Shown: piece after piece, positions 46,635 to 55,148 of the stretch
Layout: every line of letters starts with the position of its first letter
Numbering within the stretch: position 1 is the stretch's first letter
Assembly (NCBI GenBank): GCA_035480035.1
Contig: DATIID010000001.1
Span: forward strand, 265,323 to 329,322
Direction: 5' to 3'
From: Candidatus Saccharimonadales bacterium
Lineage (GTDB): Bacteria; Patescibacteriota; Saccharimonadia; Saccharimonadales; OMJO01
Length of the DNA stretch: 64,000 nucleotides
Translations under genes and position numbers: made by a program
Notes under the pieces: model-generated
What the model saw: the letters and a program-made list of their open reading frames with translations, nothing else
What the model was told of the DNA's origin: nothing
The model's database searches: none

Positions 46635-47444
46635 ATGACAGAGCTAATTCGTCTAAAAAAGCGTTTAGAAAAATTTGGGCTTAGTCCAAAGCAAGCCGAA
46701 ATTTATGTCTACTTAATCCAATCCGGCAATTCTAGAATTAGTGAAATTGTTAGGAATCTTAAAATTCCACGTAGTTCAGTTTACGAAAATTTAAAGGGAC
46801 TCAAACAACAAGGTTTAGTTGAAGAACTAATCGAAAACAATTACCGAACTATCCAAGCCTATAGCATCGGCTTATTAAAAGACCACCTTGATGAACAAAT
46901 GACTAAACTAGAGACCCAAATTGGCGAACTCAATAATTTAGAAAAGGTGATGGAAGTAATACCGGGCATTAAACCATCACCACCTGTCAGAATTCGCTAT
47001 TATGAAGGTAAATCTGGCGCCCAGCAACTGTTCTGGAATTCACTGAAAGCAAAAGACACTCTTTATGTCTACAGCGAATGGGGACGCGGCCGGTTTGTTG
47101 GCATTAAATTTTATAAAAACTTCGTAACTGAGTCGTATCGGCGAAATATCAAAGAGCACGTGCTGACAAATCCTTTGCCTCGGATAGCCCAGTCAATGAA
47201 AGAACATACTGGTTCGCCCTTATCAAGAACAGATTTAACCAACATTAGATTCATTGATGAAGCCAAAATTCGCTTCAGGGGCGAGACTTTAATATATGAC
47301 AATATTTATGCTCAGATTTATTTAAAACATAACCTAATAAGTGGCTTTGAAATTGAGAGTCCAGACTTTACTCAAACTCAACGGGCAATTTTCGAAGGCT
47401 TGTGGGAACCGGCCGGGCCTGTATTACTATCGGGTTTGATTTAA
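46635..47444 (+). CDS. TrmB-family transcriptional regulator
   Basis: N-terminal wHTH (LEKFGLSPKQAEIYVYLIQSGNSRISEIVRNLKIPRSSVYENLKGLKQQGLVEE) plus a C-terminal TrmB-type domain. The track start at 46530 is trimmed; ATG 46614 is an alternative. Confidence 0.75.
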   Translation: MTELIRLKKRLEKFGLSPKQAEIYVYLIQSGNSRISEIVRNLKIPRSSVYENLKGLKQQGLVEELIENNYRTIQAYSIGLLKDHLDEQMTKLETQIGELNNLEKVMEVIPGIKPSPPVRIRYYEGKSGAQQLFWNSLKAKDTLYVYSEWGRGRFVGIKFYKNFVTESYRRNIKEHVLTNPLPRIAQSMKEHTGSPLSRTDLTNIRFIDEAKIRFRGETLIYDNIYAQIYLKHNLISGFEIESPDFTQTQRAIFEGLWEPAGPVLLSGLI

Positions 47445-48610
47445 ATTACCTCATAGTTACCAGTAACAACACGGCGTAAGGGGTTAACGACTTCGCCCTT
47501 CTCGTAGACAACTTGTCCGCTCAGGGTCATTTCTTGAACGATACCAACCGCCATCATACCCAAATAGGGTGTCCAGCCACTCAGTGACCTAACCTGCTCA
47601 AATTCATCATCAATACGGTAAGTCTTCATGTCCCAAATCACTCTCGAATCGTCTCCGCTTTTTAAATGTAGTCGGTCAGCCGGGTGAGTTGAATAAGCCT
47701 CTTCCAAGCGCTCCAAAGGTAAGTTACCTAGACGAACTTGCCAAAGCATAACTTTAGAGCCCAACTCCAAACCTGGCACTCCGCAGCAACGCATACTATG
47801 TTCATTCGACGAACAAGCTGGATTAGCTTCAACAGCAACCATTTTGGCGTCATAAGTGTGTGGTGCGTGATCGGTTTCCAAATCCATGATTCGTCCGTTA
47901 ACGAAAGCTTGAAAAAGCTCATAGGCGTCATCGGCATGAACTAGAGGTGGCTGCATATCGGCAAAAGAACTACGAGTTTGACGATCTCGATCAGTTAGCA
48001 GCATGGTGTGCGGGCAAATACTGGCCTCGACATCCCAGCCTCTGGTTTTAGCTTCTTTAACCGCTAATACTTGATCCATTTTATTAACATGAGCTAGTTG
48101 AACTCTGAGTTCACGATCACCGGCGGCATGACCAATAAAATCTCTGTAATTATCTTCTCCGGAATGAAAAACCACTAATTTGTCTGGATTGACCAGTCGA
48201 ATCCGGTCTAGAACCTCATCGAACTCTTGTGCCTCATAGTCTGTTGTTCTATTAATGTTTGTGGTCGGCCCACCATATGCTTTGGCTAACAGTGCTTTGT
48301 CGAGTGCCCGCTCGATTTCGCCAACATTATCATATTCAGGCTGGATTCCAAGTGCCGCACCATAGTTCACAACTGATGTTTGTCTAGCACGATGCCTTTT
48401 AACATCTATAAATGCTTCCGTACTAGTCGGATCGGGCGCATTATTGGGCATGTCGTTGATGGTACCTACCCCACCATCAGCAGCTGCCTCTGTAGCTGTC
48501 TCGATTGTTTCGGCTGGGTTGTTACCAGGTTCACGACAATGCACGTGCATATCAACAAACGGCTTCAATTCGACAAGTCCATCGCTTAACATGACATCCT
48601 CATTATCCAT
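47441..48610 (-). CDS. dihydroorotase/dihydropyrimidinase-type cyclic amidohydrolase
   Basis: 389 aa; FVDMHVHCREPG metal motif, and later HxH/Asp ligand candidates (FHSGED, DHAPH). Confidence 0.7.
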   Translation of the reverse strand: MDNEDVMLSDGLVELKPFVDMHVHCREPGNNPAETIETATEAAADGGVGTINDMPNNAPDPTSTEAFIDVKRHRARQTSVVNYGAALGIQPEYDNVGEIERALDKALLAKAYGGPTTNINRTTDYEAQEFDEVLDRIRLVNPDKLVVFHSGEDNYRDFIGHAAGDRELRVQLAHVNKMDQVLAVKEAKTRGWDVEASICPHTMLLTDRDRQTRSSFADMQPPLVHADDAYELFQAFVNGRIMDLETDHAPHTYDAKMVAVEANPACSSNEHSMRCCGVPGLELGSKVMLWQVRLGNLPLERLEEAYSTHPADRLHLKSGDDSRVIWDMKTYRIDDEFEQVRSLSGWTPYLGMMAVGIVQEMTLSGQVVYEKGEVVNPLRRVVTGNYEVI

Positions 48611-48677
48611 AGATTAGCGGTGGTGCCGGTGAGAATGCAAGCATAAGCCTAGTCAGCCCTAATGTATACTTAGGCTT

Positions 48678-49994
48678 ATGGATGAACCGGCAGATTTGGT
48701 TAAACAAGCTAGATCGGTCTTAGAATTAAACGACCAAGGTTCGTTTACCATACCAGCCGAGGGACTTTACCCACACCAGTGGTTGTGGGACAGTTGTTTT
48801 ATTGCTATCGGCATACGCAATTATGACGTCGAGCGAGCCAAAGGTGAAATTCTGAGTTTATTAAGGGGCCAGTGGTCCAATGGTATGTTGCCGCACATGA
48901 TTTTGGGACCCAATCATGGTTTTGTACGCAATAGTATCTGGCGAAGCTGGTTAAATCCTAACTCGCCAGATGACTTAGTTACCAGCGGCATTACCCAACC
49001 GCCACTGTTGGCTGAAGCGGTTGTTCAAATCGGACGCAAAATGAAAATGCCCGAGCGACGTAGTTGGTACCAGTTAGTTTTCCCAGCCTTAGTTGCTCAT
49101 CACGAGTGGTTATACCGTGAACGCGACCCGCACCAAGAAGGTTTGATTCTACAAATTCACCCCTGGGAAACTGGTCTTGATAACACACCCCCGTGGATGA
49201 ATGAAATTCACAATCATTCATTGCCGCTTTGGATACGTATGGTCGAAAAATCTCACTTGGCACCTTTGCTAAATCTATTCAGACGCGACACCCATCGAAT
49301 TCCGGCTGAACAGCGACTCAATATAATTGATGCCTTGGTGCTTTACTCAACTCAGCGACGTTTGCGTCGTAAGAATTATGAAATTGACAAAATTTTAGCC
49401 CATTCGCTATTCGCCGTTGAAGACTTGACGTTTAATTGTATTTTGATTCGAGCCAATCAACATTTAATTACTATTGCTAAAACTATTCGTAAACAATTGC
49501 CCGAAGAGCTGCTAGCTAACATTAAAAAAACCGAGGATAAATTAGAGCAACTGTGGGACCCTTATTCCAACCAATATTATTCACGCAATTTTGTTACTCA
49601 TAAACTGCTTAAAGAATCGACCATCGCTACATTGCTGCCTTTATATGCTGGTACGGTTAGCGAAAAGCAAGCCAAACAACTCGTTAAATTACTCGAAAAC
49701 CAAAATATATTTGGGCCAGCGTATCCCGTGCCGTCAGTACCAATTAATTCAACTTGGTTTAAACCAACTGGTTACTGGCAAGGACCAACCTGGCTCAATA
49801 CTAATTGGTTAATTATTGACGGCTTAAAGCGCTACGGTTTTGATGAACATGCCGAAGCTTTAATCGAAACTTCTTTAGAAATGGTCAACCAGGCCGGTTT
49901 TTTTGAATATTTTAACCCCTTAACTGGTGACCCGGCGGGTGCGCATAATTTTTCATGGACCGCCGCTCTGGCAATTGATTTGATTAAACAATAG
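48678..49994 (+). CDS. (alpha/alpha)6-barrel glycoside hydrolase, GH63-like (glucosyl/mannosylglycerate-hydrolase type)
   Basis: 438 aa; YPHQWLWDSCFIAIG, HPWETGLDNTPPW and GPTWLNTNWL motifs. Confidence 0.65.
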   Translation: MDEPADLVKQARSVLELNDQGSFTIPAEGLYPHQWLWDSCFIAIGIRNYDVERAKGEILSLLRGQWSNGMLPHMILGPNHGFVRNSIWRSWLNPNSPDDLVTSGITQPPLLAEAVVQIGRKMKMPERRSWYQLVFPALVAHHEWLYRERDPHQEGLILQIHPWETGLDNTPPWMNEIHNHSLPLWIRMVEKSHLAPLLNLFRRDTHRIPAEQRLNIIDALVLYSTQRRLRRKNYEIDKILAHSLFAVEDLTFNCILIRANQHLITIAKTIRKQLPEELLANIKKTEDKLEQLWDPYSNQYYSRNFVTHKLLKESTIATLLPLYAGTVSEKQAKQLVKLLENQNIFGPAYPVPSVPINSTWFKPTGYWQGPTWLNTNWLIIDGLKRYGFDEHAEALIETSLEMVNQAGFFEYFNPLTGDPAGAHNFSWTAALAIDLIKQ

Positions 49995-50052
49995 TTGTAA
50001 TTTTTGCCAAACTTCTGGCGTAACAATAGTTGTTGGTTTTTAATAGAACCCG

Positions 50053-50559
50053 ATGCTGAGGGAATTTTATCACGAAGATGATGGCAAATATTGGCCAGAC
50101 CACGAAGAAATAAAGCAAATGTCTATTAAGGTTGGTGAGTTGATTGCAGAATCAGAATTATCAGTAGTAAATTTGGTAGCAGTTACTCGTGGGGGCCTTA
50201 TCCCGACCGGGTATATTTCACGGTTGCTTCACTGGAGTCAGACTGAAACCATGGATATGAATAGCTACCGTCGAAATGAAGACGGTACCGAGTCGCCCAG
50301 CATAATAAGGATTACCAAACGTCCGATTCTTAATAACCCAGATGGTACTGGAACTCTATTTATTGACGACGTATCTGACAAAGGTGGAACCGTCAGACGC
50401 TTAAAGACCGATTATCCTAATAGTAAAGTTGCCGTAATTTATAGCAAGCTATCGGCGGACGATCCTAATTTTTTAGCTGATTACGTTGGTGAATATACTG
50501 AAAGGCCCGATGCCTGGATCAATTTTCCTTGGGAAGTTAAAACTAAACAGTCTAGCTAA
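50053..50559 (+). CDS. purine phosphoribosyltransferase, Gpt-like
   Basis: 168 aa; AVTRGGLIPTGYISRLL, the PRPP motif LFIDDVSDKGGT, and C-terminal WINFPWE resembling E. coli Gpt. Confidence 0.7.
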   Translation: MLREFYHEDDGKYWPDHEEIKQMSIKVGELIAESELSVVNLVAVTRGGLIPTGYISRLLHWSQTETMDMNSYRRNEDGTESPSIIRITKRPILNNPDGTGTLFIDDVSDKGGTVRRLKTDYPNSKVAVIYSKLSADDPNFLADYVGEYTERPDAWINFPWEVKTKQSS

Positions 50560-51628
50560 GCTCGTCGTCGTTTTGTGGTTTTTCAAGTAATAAGGGTTCC
50601 ATCGAGGGTGTAGTATTGGCAATTTTAACAACATCTTTGTCAACCCGGCCTAACTCCTTTTGAGTGGAATTAAAATGTCCGACAGTTGCGCCTAGGCTGT
50701 TACCAAGGCGTTTAAAATAACCGTCAACATTATGTAAATGCTTGCCGAGTTGTTCAACGTTTTTACGAATTACCTCAGTGTCCTTTTGAATTTCAAAACT
50801 TTTCAAACCTTGTGACACAATTTGTAGTAAAGCTAATAACGTACTTGGCCCAACTACCGAGACCCGTTTTTCGACGGCCGCATATTGCATTAGGTCGCGG
50901 CCATTTACGCCGGTATCGCCAACTTTATTGGCTAGTAAGTCAAAATAAATGGCTTCGCTTGGGATAAACATAAATGCTTGTTCTAATGTCCCCTTTTTCG
51001 GCTGAATATACTTGGCGGTTTCATCAATCCTTTTTTTTAGATCTTCTTTGAAGGCCTTTTCCAGTCTCGGTCGATCTTCACTTTTTGCTTCCCTAAGTCG
51101 ATTGTAGTTTTCCAAACTAAACTTACTATCAATTGGTAATAATTTGCCGTCCAGTTTGACCACGGCGTCAACTATTAAACCGTCTCCCATTCGATACTGC
51201 AGTTCGTAAGTGCCGGTTGGAAGCATGTTTTGCAGAATTTGTTCTAAATAAAATTCCCCCAGAACACCTCGCTGCTTTGGATTAGACAAAACATTTTGCA
51301 GTACCTTAAGTTCGCCAGCAATGTCGCCGACTTGTTGATTAGTTTTTTCTAATTGTGTCAATTTAGTTGTCACATCTTTGATAATCGTGGCGCTCGTTTC
51401 GAATTGTTTAAGCATTTGAGCATTACTTTTATCTAGACGTGCAGTCAAATGGCTTTGCAAACCGTCTTTTAAATCGGCCATGCCTTGATTTAAGGTTGTC
51501 AGATTTTGATTAAGTAGCAAAGCATCTTTGGTGTCGGCAGGTGAATTTGATTTCTTTAAGACATAAAAAATGAACAAGGCGTTTGATACCCCGAGTAGAA
51601 TAACTAAGCCAATGATTACCCCTAACAT
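50552..51628 (-). CDS. rmuC: DNA recombination protein RmuC
   Basis: 358 aa with an N-terminal TM, a coiled coil, and the RmuC core (RGVLGEFYLEQIL...DAVVKLDGKLLPIDSKF). Confidence 0.85.
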   Translation of the reverse strand: MLGVIIGLVILLGVSNALFIFYVLKKSNSPADTKDALLLNQNLTTLNQGMADLKDGLQSHLTARLDKSNAQMLKQFETSATIIKDVTTKLTQLEKTNQQVGDIAGELKVLQNVLSNPKQRGVLGEFYLEQILQNMLPTGTYELQYRMGDGLIVDAVVKLDGKLLPIDSKFSLENYNRLREAKSEDRPRLEKAFKEDLKKRIDETAKYIQPKKGTLEQAFMFIPSEAIYFDLLANKVGDTGVNGRDLMQYAAVEKRVSVVGPSTLLALLQIVSQGLKSFEIQKDTEVIRKNVEQLGKHLHNVDGYFKRLGNSLGATVGHFNSTQKELGRVDKDVVKIANTTPSMEPLLLEKPQNDDELS

Positions 51629-51664
51629 AACTTAATTGTACCAGTTATAACACCTCTAAACTAA

Positions 51665-52390
51665 CTAGATAAAGCGGGTTACTAAAAACATAAAAATTAC
51701 ACCAAGGATGGTCATGCCAATAGTACTATAAGAAGAATGTTCGCTGTGGGCCTCGGGTAAAATTTCGCTGGCACCAATATACAGCAAAAAGCCCGCAAAA
51801 AAGCCTAGATACACAACTAGTGATCGATCAGAAATGTGTATGAGTAGCGTGCTAAGAGCTCCCAACACGGGAGTAATAGCGTCGACAAACAACAGTTTAA
51901 GCGTACGTGAACGGTTGTTTTTATGCACCAACATTAAGGTTACGGTATTAAGCCCATCACTAAAGTCATGGGCGATTACGGCTACAGCAACTGCTATTCC
52001 AAGGGTGCTAGAAATTTGAAAACCGAGACCGATACCAACACCGTCTAGAAAGCTATGCCCAGATAAAGCTAGAGCTGAAGCTATGCCAACTTGGGGGTGA
52101 TGATGTCGGCCGTAATCTTGCTCTTGGGCGTGGTGGATTAAAATTGTTTTTTCGATAATATGAAAGGCCAGGAAGCCAACGACTAAGGCTATCATCGGTA
52201 TAGTCGTGCTCATTTTAAGTTTTTGCGTTGAGCTAAAGATTTCAGGTAATAAATCAAAAGCAATTACCCCTAAAATAACTCCAGCGGTATATCCAAGTAC
52301 CCGGTGTAAACGATCGCGATGTCGAAGCGCCAATAACCCACCGCTCAGTGTCGAAACGAAGGTAGCCGAAGCTAGGATTACTGGTAACAT
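51665..52390 (-). CDS. ZIP-family divalent metal transporter (ZupT-like)
   Basis: 241 aa, polytopic; HSFLDGVGIG and IAHDFSDGLN motifs. Confidence 0.85.
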   Translation of the reverse strand: MLPVILASATFVSTLSGGLLALRHRDRLHRVLGYTAGVILGVIAFDLLPEIFSSTQKLKMSTTIPMIALVVGFLAFHIIEKTILIHHAQEQDYGRHHHPQVGIASALALSGHSFLDGVGIGLGFQISSTLGIAVAVAVIAHDFSDGLNTVTLMLVHKNNRSRTLKLLFVDAITPVLGALSTLLIHISDRSLVVYLGFFAGFLLYIGASEILPEAHSEHSSYSTIGMTILGVIFMFLVTRFI

Positions 52391-52398
52391 TTAGTTAA

Positions 52399-52450
52399 AT
52401 TATACAAATCAGTATTATTTTTGCAAATTTGTCGCAAATTCTGTTAAAAT
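52399..52450. promoter_or_regulatory. back-to-back divergent promoters sharing one palindromic -35 (TTGCAA), plus operator-like palindromes
   Basis: Plus strand: TTGCAA (52421-52426), 18 nt, TAAAAT (52445-52450), 6 nt, ATG 52457. Minus strand: the same TTGCAA, 16 nt, TATAAT (fwd 52404-52399), 8 nt, ATG 52390. Palindromes TTTGCAAA (52420-52427) and AATTTG-tcg-CAAATT (52426-52440). Confidence 0.5.
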
Positions 52451-52456
52451 TGCAAA

Positions 52457-52888
52457 ATGCCGGAAGCCACCCAAGATAAACTGCGACTAACTTTACGAAG
52501 CCGACATGCCAGCTTAACCCGACGACGATTAGAGGTATTTAAAGCCTTTGGTGGCCACACTCCCCTGTCAATGAATCAGCTGGTCAAATTATTGCCCGAT
52601 ATGGACCGTGCCACTGTTTATAGAACAACTAAGCTGTTTGAAGAATTAGGTATTATTGATCGAGTCTTGCTTGGTTGGAAATATAAATTAGAGCTTAGTG
52701 ATAGTTTTAGTCCGCATCACCACCATCTAAGTTGTAACAATTGTGGCAGAGTAAATATTTTGGCGGAAGATAATCAGCTAGAAGCTTACATTAAAAGTTT
52801 GAGTCACCGAGCTGGGTTTCAAGCAATCGATCATCAATTAGAAATTAATGGTCTCTGCCCGGCCTGCCAAAAACTTAGCAAAGTTTAG
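52457..52888 (+). CDS. Fur-family metalloregulator (Zur-like by context)
   Basis: 143 aa; wHTH (MNQLVKLLPDMDRATVYRTTKLFEELGII), HHHLSCNNCGRV and CPAC metal sites. Divergent from the ZIP transporter. Confidence 0.85.
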   Translation: MPEATQDKLRLTLRSRHASLTRRRLEVFKAFGGHTPLSMNQLVKLLPDMDRATVYRTTKLFEELGIIDRVLLGWKYKLELSDSFSPHHHHLSCNNCGRVNILAEDNQLEAYIKSLSHRAGFQAIDHQLEINGLCPACQKLSKV

Positions 52889-52905
52889 GAAAGGAGCAGG
52901 AGCGG

Positions 52906-53036
52906 TTCCGCGACTAGCGGAAGACGAATTTATTTCGTCAGCGACGATGAGGGAAACCTGGGTTTCCTTCATATCTTAATTTAAGGACCCCGGGGCAACA
53001 CCCGGGGTCAGCGGAAGCCTCACACTTCCAGTTTTT
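52906..53036 (+). other. cluster of five consecutive stem-loops in a convergent intergenic spacer (structured 3' UTR, sRNA or terminator array)
   Basis: - H1: UUCCGC-GACUA-GCGGAA (52906-52922).
- H2: GACGAA-UUUAU-UUCGUC (52923-52939).
- H3: an 11-bp stem (52947-52972).
- H4: GACCCCGGG-GCAACA-CCCGGGGUC (52986-53009).
- H5: GGAAG-CCUCACA-CUUCC followed by U5 (53013-53036). Confidence 0.45.
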
Positions 53037-53077
53037 AGCATAGGCCTTTTACGACTTACCGACAAGTCTTGAAGATT

Positions 53078-53680
53078 TTATTTAAGATGTTTTGACCATT
53101 TCACTAAACTTGGTCGAGTCAGCAAGAATAACTGTAAAACCATAAAACCAAGACAGAAACCGCCAACCACATCAAGTGGCGCATGGACGCCCAAGTAAAT
53201 GCGCGACAAACCAACTAAACCAATCCAGACAAAAGCTAAATAACGATGATTTTTCGGCGTAAAATGATACAAAAGTAACGCTACAGCGGTAATTGCGGCA
53301 GTGTGGCCAGATGGAAAGCCATAGCCACTGACCATCGGCTCACGAGCGTGGACATAAGGTAGCAATGAATAGGGTCGTGGTCGAGCCACCAGTCGCTTGG
53401 CAATTTCGACGACCACATAAGTTGATAGTCCAACAATCATCACCTGCACCGCTAAACTTCGGCGTTTTTTATAGAACAAATAGGTCGTCACAATGGCAAT
53501 CATCCATGAACTGCCAGCTTGGGTAATGAATAGCATTAGTGGCTTAAGTGCTGACGGCCAACTATAAATATGATCAAATAAATTTATTTCCCAAACCGTC
53601 ATGACACCACGATGAGCCACCATGGCTGTCCAAACAAATAACAGAAAAGTTATTATTAGCATTAGGTGTTTATTTTTCAT
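53078..53680 (-). CDS. PAP2-family lipid phosphatase (undecaprenyl-diphosphatase/PgpB type)
   Basis: 200 aa, polytopic; KRLVARPRP, FPSGH and SRIYLGVHAPLDV (the three PAP2 motifs). Confidence 0.88.
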   Translation of the reverse strand: MKNKHLMLIITFLLFVWTAMVAHRGVMTVWEINLFDHIYSWPSALKPLMLFITQAGSSWMIAIVTTYLFYKKRRSLAVQVMIVGLSTYVVVEIAKRLVARPRPYSLLPYVHAREPMVSGYGFPSGHTAAITAVALLLYHFTPKNHRYLAFVWIGLVGLSRIYLGVHAPLDVVGGFCLGFMVLQLFLLTRPSLVKWSKHLK

Positions 53681-53713
53681 AAGCAGTAATAATTATAGCC
53701 TAAACTGATTGGG

Positions 53714-54958
53714 TTAGCTCTGTGATAGCTGTTTGGCTAAATGCACAAACACTCCGTTTGTCCAACCAAAACCAGTTTGATTCGGATAAACGCCATCCCC
53801 CGGTGACTTGGACCAGTTAACGACATTGTATTTTTCCATAAATTGATTGTGCTTATTAAACCAGTTCAAATTAGTCGTCAGCCATTTTTTACTAATTCGG
53901 TCAGCGGCATCGGTGTAGCCATATCGACGTAAACCCTCAACGACAATAAAGTGCAGCGGCGCCCAACCGTTCGGATAAGCCCATTGAGTCTTCAGCGACC
54001 CAAACATGGTCATGTCAATCAGTGGACGAGTGGTCGTCGTTAAACCACCGGCTCGTTCAAATTTAGCCAAATTAGTGACCAGTTTGTCGGCCTGCTCTGG
54101 TGTCACCATACCAGCCCACATCGGATAAAAGCCAGCCAATGACCAGACAGTGCCCAGTTCTTTCTTTTGATAATTGTAGTCAAAGTAAAAACCACGCAGT
54201 TTACCCCACATTAGTTCATTCATGGCTGCCTGACGATCCGCTGCTAAGGCGCGCCAAGCTTCAGCTTGCTTATGACTGCCAGCAATTAAAGAACAGCGAG
54301 CAAAATCAACTTCATATTTATACAGCAAAGCGTTCAGGTCGACCGGTAAATAATCCAGGCATTTACGCTCAAACCGAGGCGTCATGTCCCAGCCACTCTC
54401 GGCTTCGGCTAAGTCATGAAGTACATTGACATCATAGTAGCGGCTCAAGTTATGATGCACACGGTGCCAAACCGGATGTTGGTCACTCATCCAAACTTGT
54501 TCATATTCTTGGCGCGCGATGTTCATATAATCAATTAACCACTGATCACTTTTATCAAAGGTTTCATAAATATAGAAAATAATGGTGGTTAAGATCGGTG
54601 GTTGCGAACGACCAGTAAAGTAAGTTCGACTGGCGTTTGGAATAGTACCAAAACGCTTAAACAACAGGATTAAATTCTCCAGCATACCTATAACTAGCGC
54701 CTCATGTGACTTATCGCTTAAGCCAAGCGCCGTAAAATAAGTGTCCCAGTAGTACTGAGCTTCGTGAGCATAGTTTTCGTGTTCATCATCTGATGGCACG
54801 ATATAAGGATATGGCAAGCCAATTAGTGAGTTACGATCAGTTTTGTTTTCGCGAATTAGTTTTGGCCAATAGTCATCAATATAATCAAGAGCCTGATTGA
54901 GTAATTCTTCATCAATTTTATGGTGCTGATTATCTTTTTTGTTTAATCGAACCCTCAT
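53714..54958 (-). CDS. alpha,alpha-trehalase (GH37)
   Basis: 414 aa; YYWDTYF, GRSQPP, AESGWDMTPRF and QWAYPNGWAPLH motifs. Confidence 0.85.
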   Translation of the reverse strand: MRVRLNKKDNQHHKIDEELLNQALDYIDDYWPKLIRENKTDRNSLIGLPYPYIVPSDDEHENYAHEAQYYWDTYFTALGLSDKSHEALVIGMLENLILLFKRFGTIPNASRTYFTGRSQPPILTTIIFYIYETFDKSDQWLIDYMNIARQEYEQVWMSDQHPVWHRVHHNLSRYYDVNVLHDLAEAESGWDMTPRFERKCLDYLPVDLNALLYKYEVDFARCSLIAGSHKQAEAWRALAADRQAAMNELMWGKLRGFYFDYNYQKKELGTVWSLAGFYPMWAGMVTPEQADKLVTNLAKFERAGGLTTTTRPLIDMTMFGSLKTQWAYPNGWAPLHFIVVEGLRRYGYTDAADRISKKWLTTNLNWFNKHNQFMEKYNVVNWSKSPGDGVYPNQTGFGWTNGVFVHLAKQLSQS

Positions 54959-55008
54959 GCTTTTATTCTATAACTCCACCTGTTAATACGAAACCCCAAC
55001 GGACCTAC

Positions 55009-55037
55009 AAAAAAGAACCCTTTCGGGTTCTTCTTTG
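55009..55037 (-). terminator. rho-independent terminator downstream of the SDR gene
   Basis: Minus strand reads GAACCC-GAAA-GGGTTC followed by TTTTTT. The stem is extendable to 8 bp. Confidence 0.8.
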
Positions 55038-55148
55038 TTCACTCTAGTCCTATTGCTAGAACCATCGCTAGTCACCTCACGATGACAATTACCACTATAA
55101 ACCGCTATTTAAGCCTTGTCAAATACTTTTTTATATTTCATAAAATGC

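Noticed and set aside
48645-48677. A 7-bp inverted repeat, AAGCCTA...TAGGCTT, flanking the -10 box of the GH63-like gene as an operator.
   Set aside because: The arms are short, the spacer is 19 nt, there is no nearby regulator, and it is a single occurrence. This is within what chance produces in AT-rich spacers.
52889-53077. Tested whether the hairpin-rich spacer is an SRP RNA, tmRNA, RNase P RNA, 6S RNA, tRNA or a riboswitch.
   Set aside because: - SRP RNA: there is no helix-8 core. A GUCAG...GGAA fragment is present, but the AGCA/GGAAGCAGC partner is missing.
- tRNA/tmRNA: there is no T-loop (GGTTCGA).
- RNase P RNA: there are no conserved blocks, and the region is too short.
- 6S RNA: it is not a single long imperfect helix.
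- Riboswitch: it lies downstream of both flanking genes, which argues against a riboswitch.

It is kept only as an unclassified structured region.
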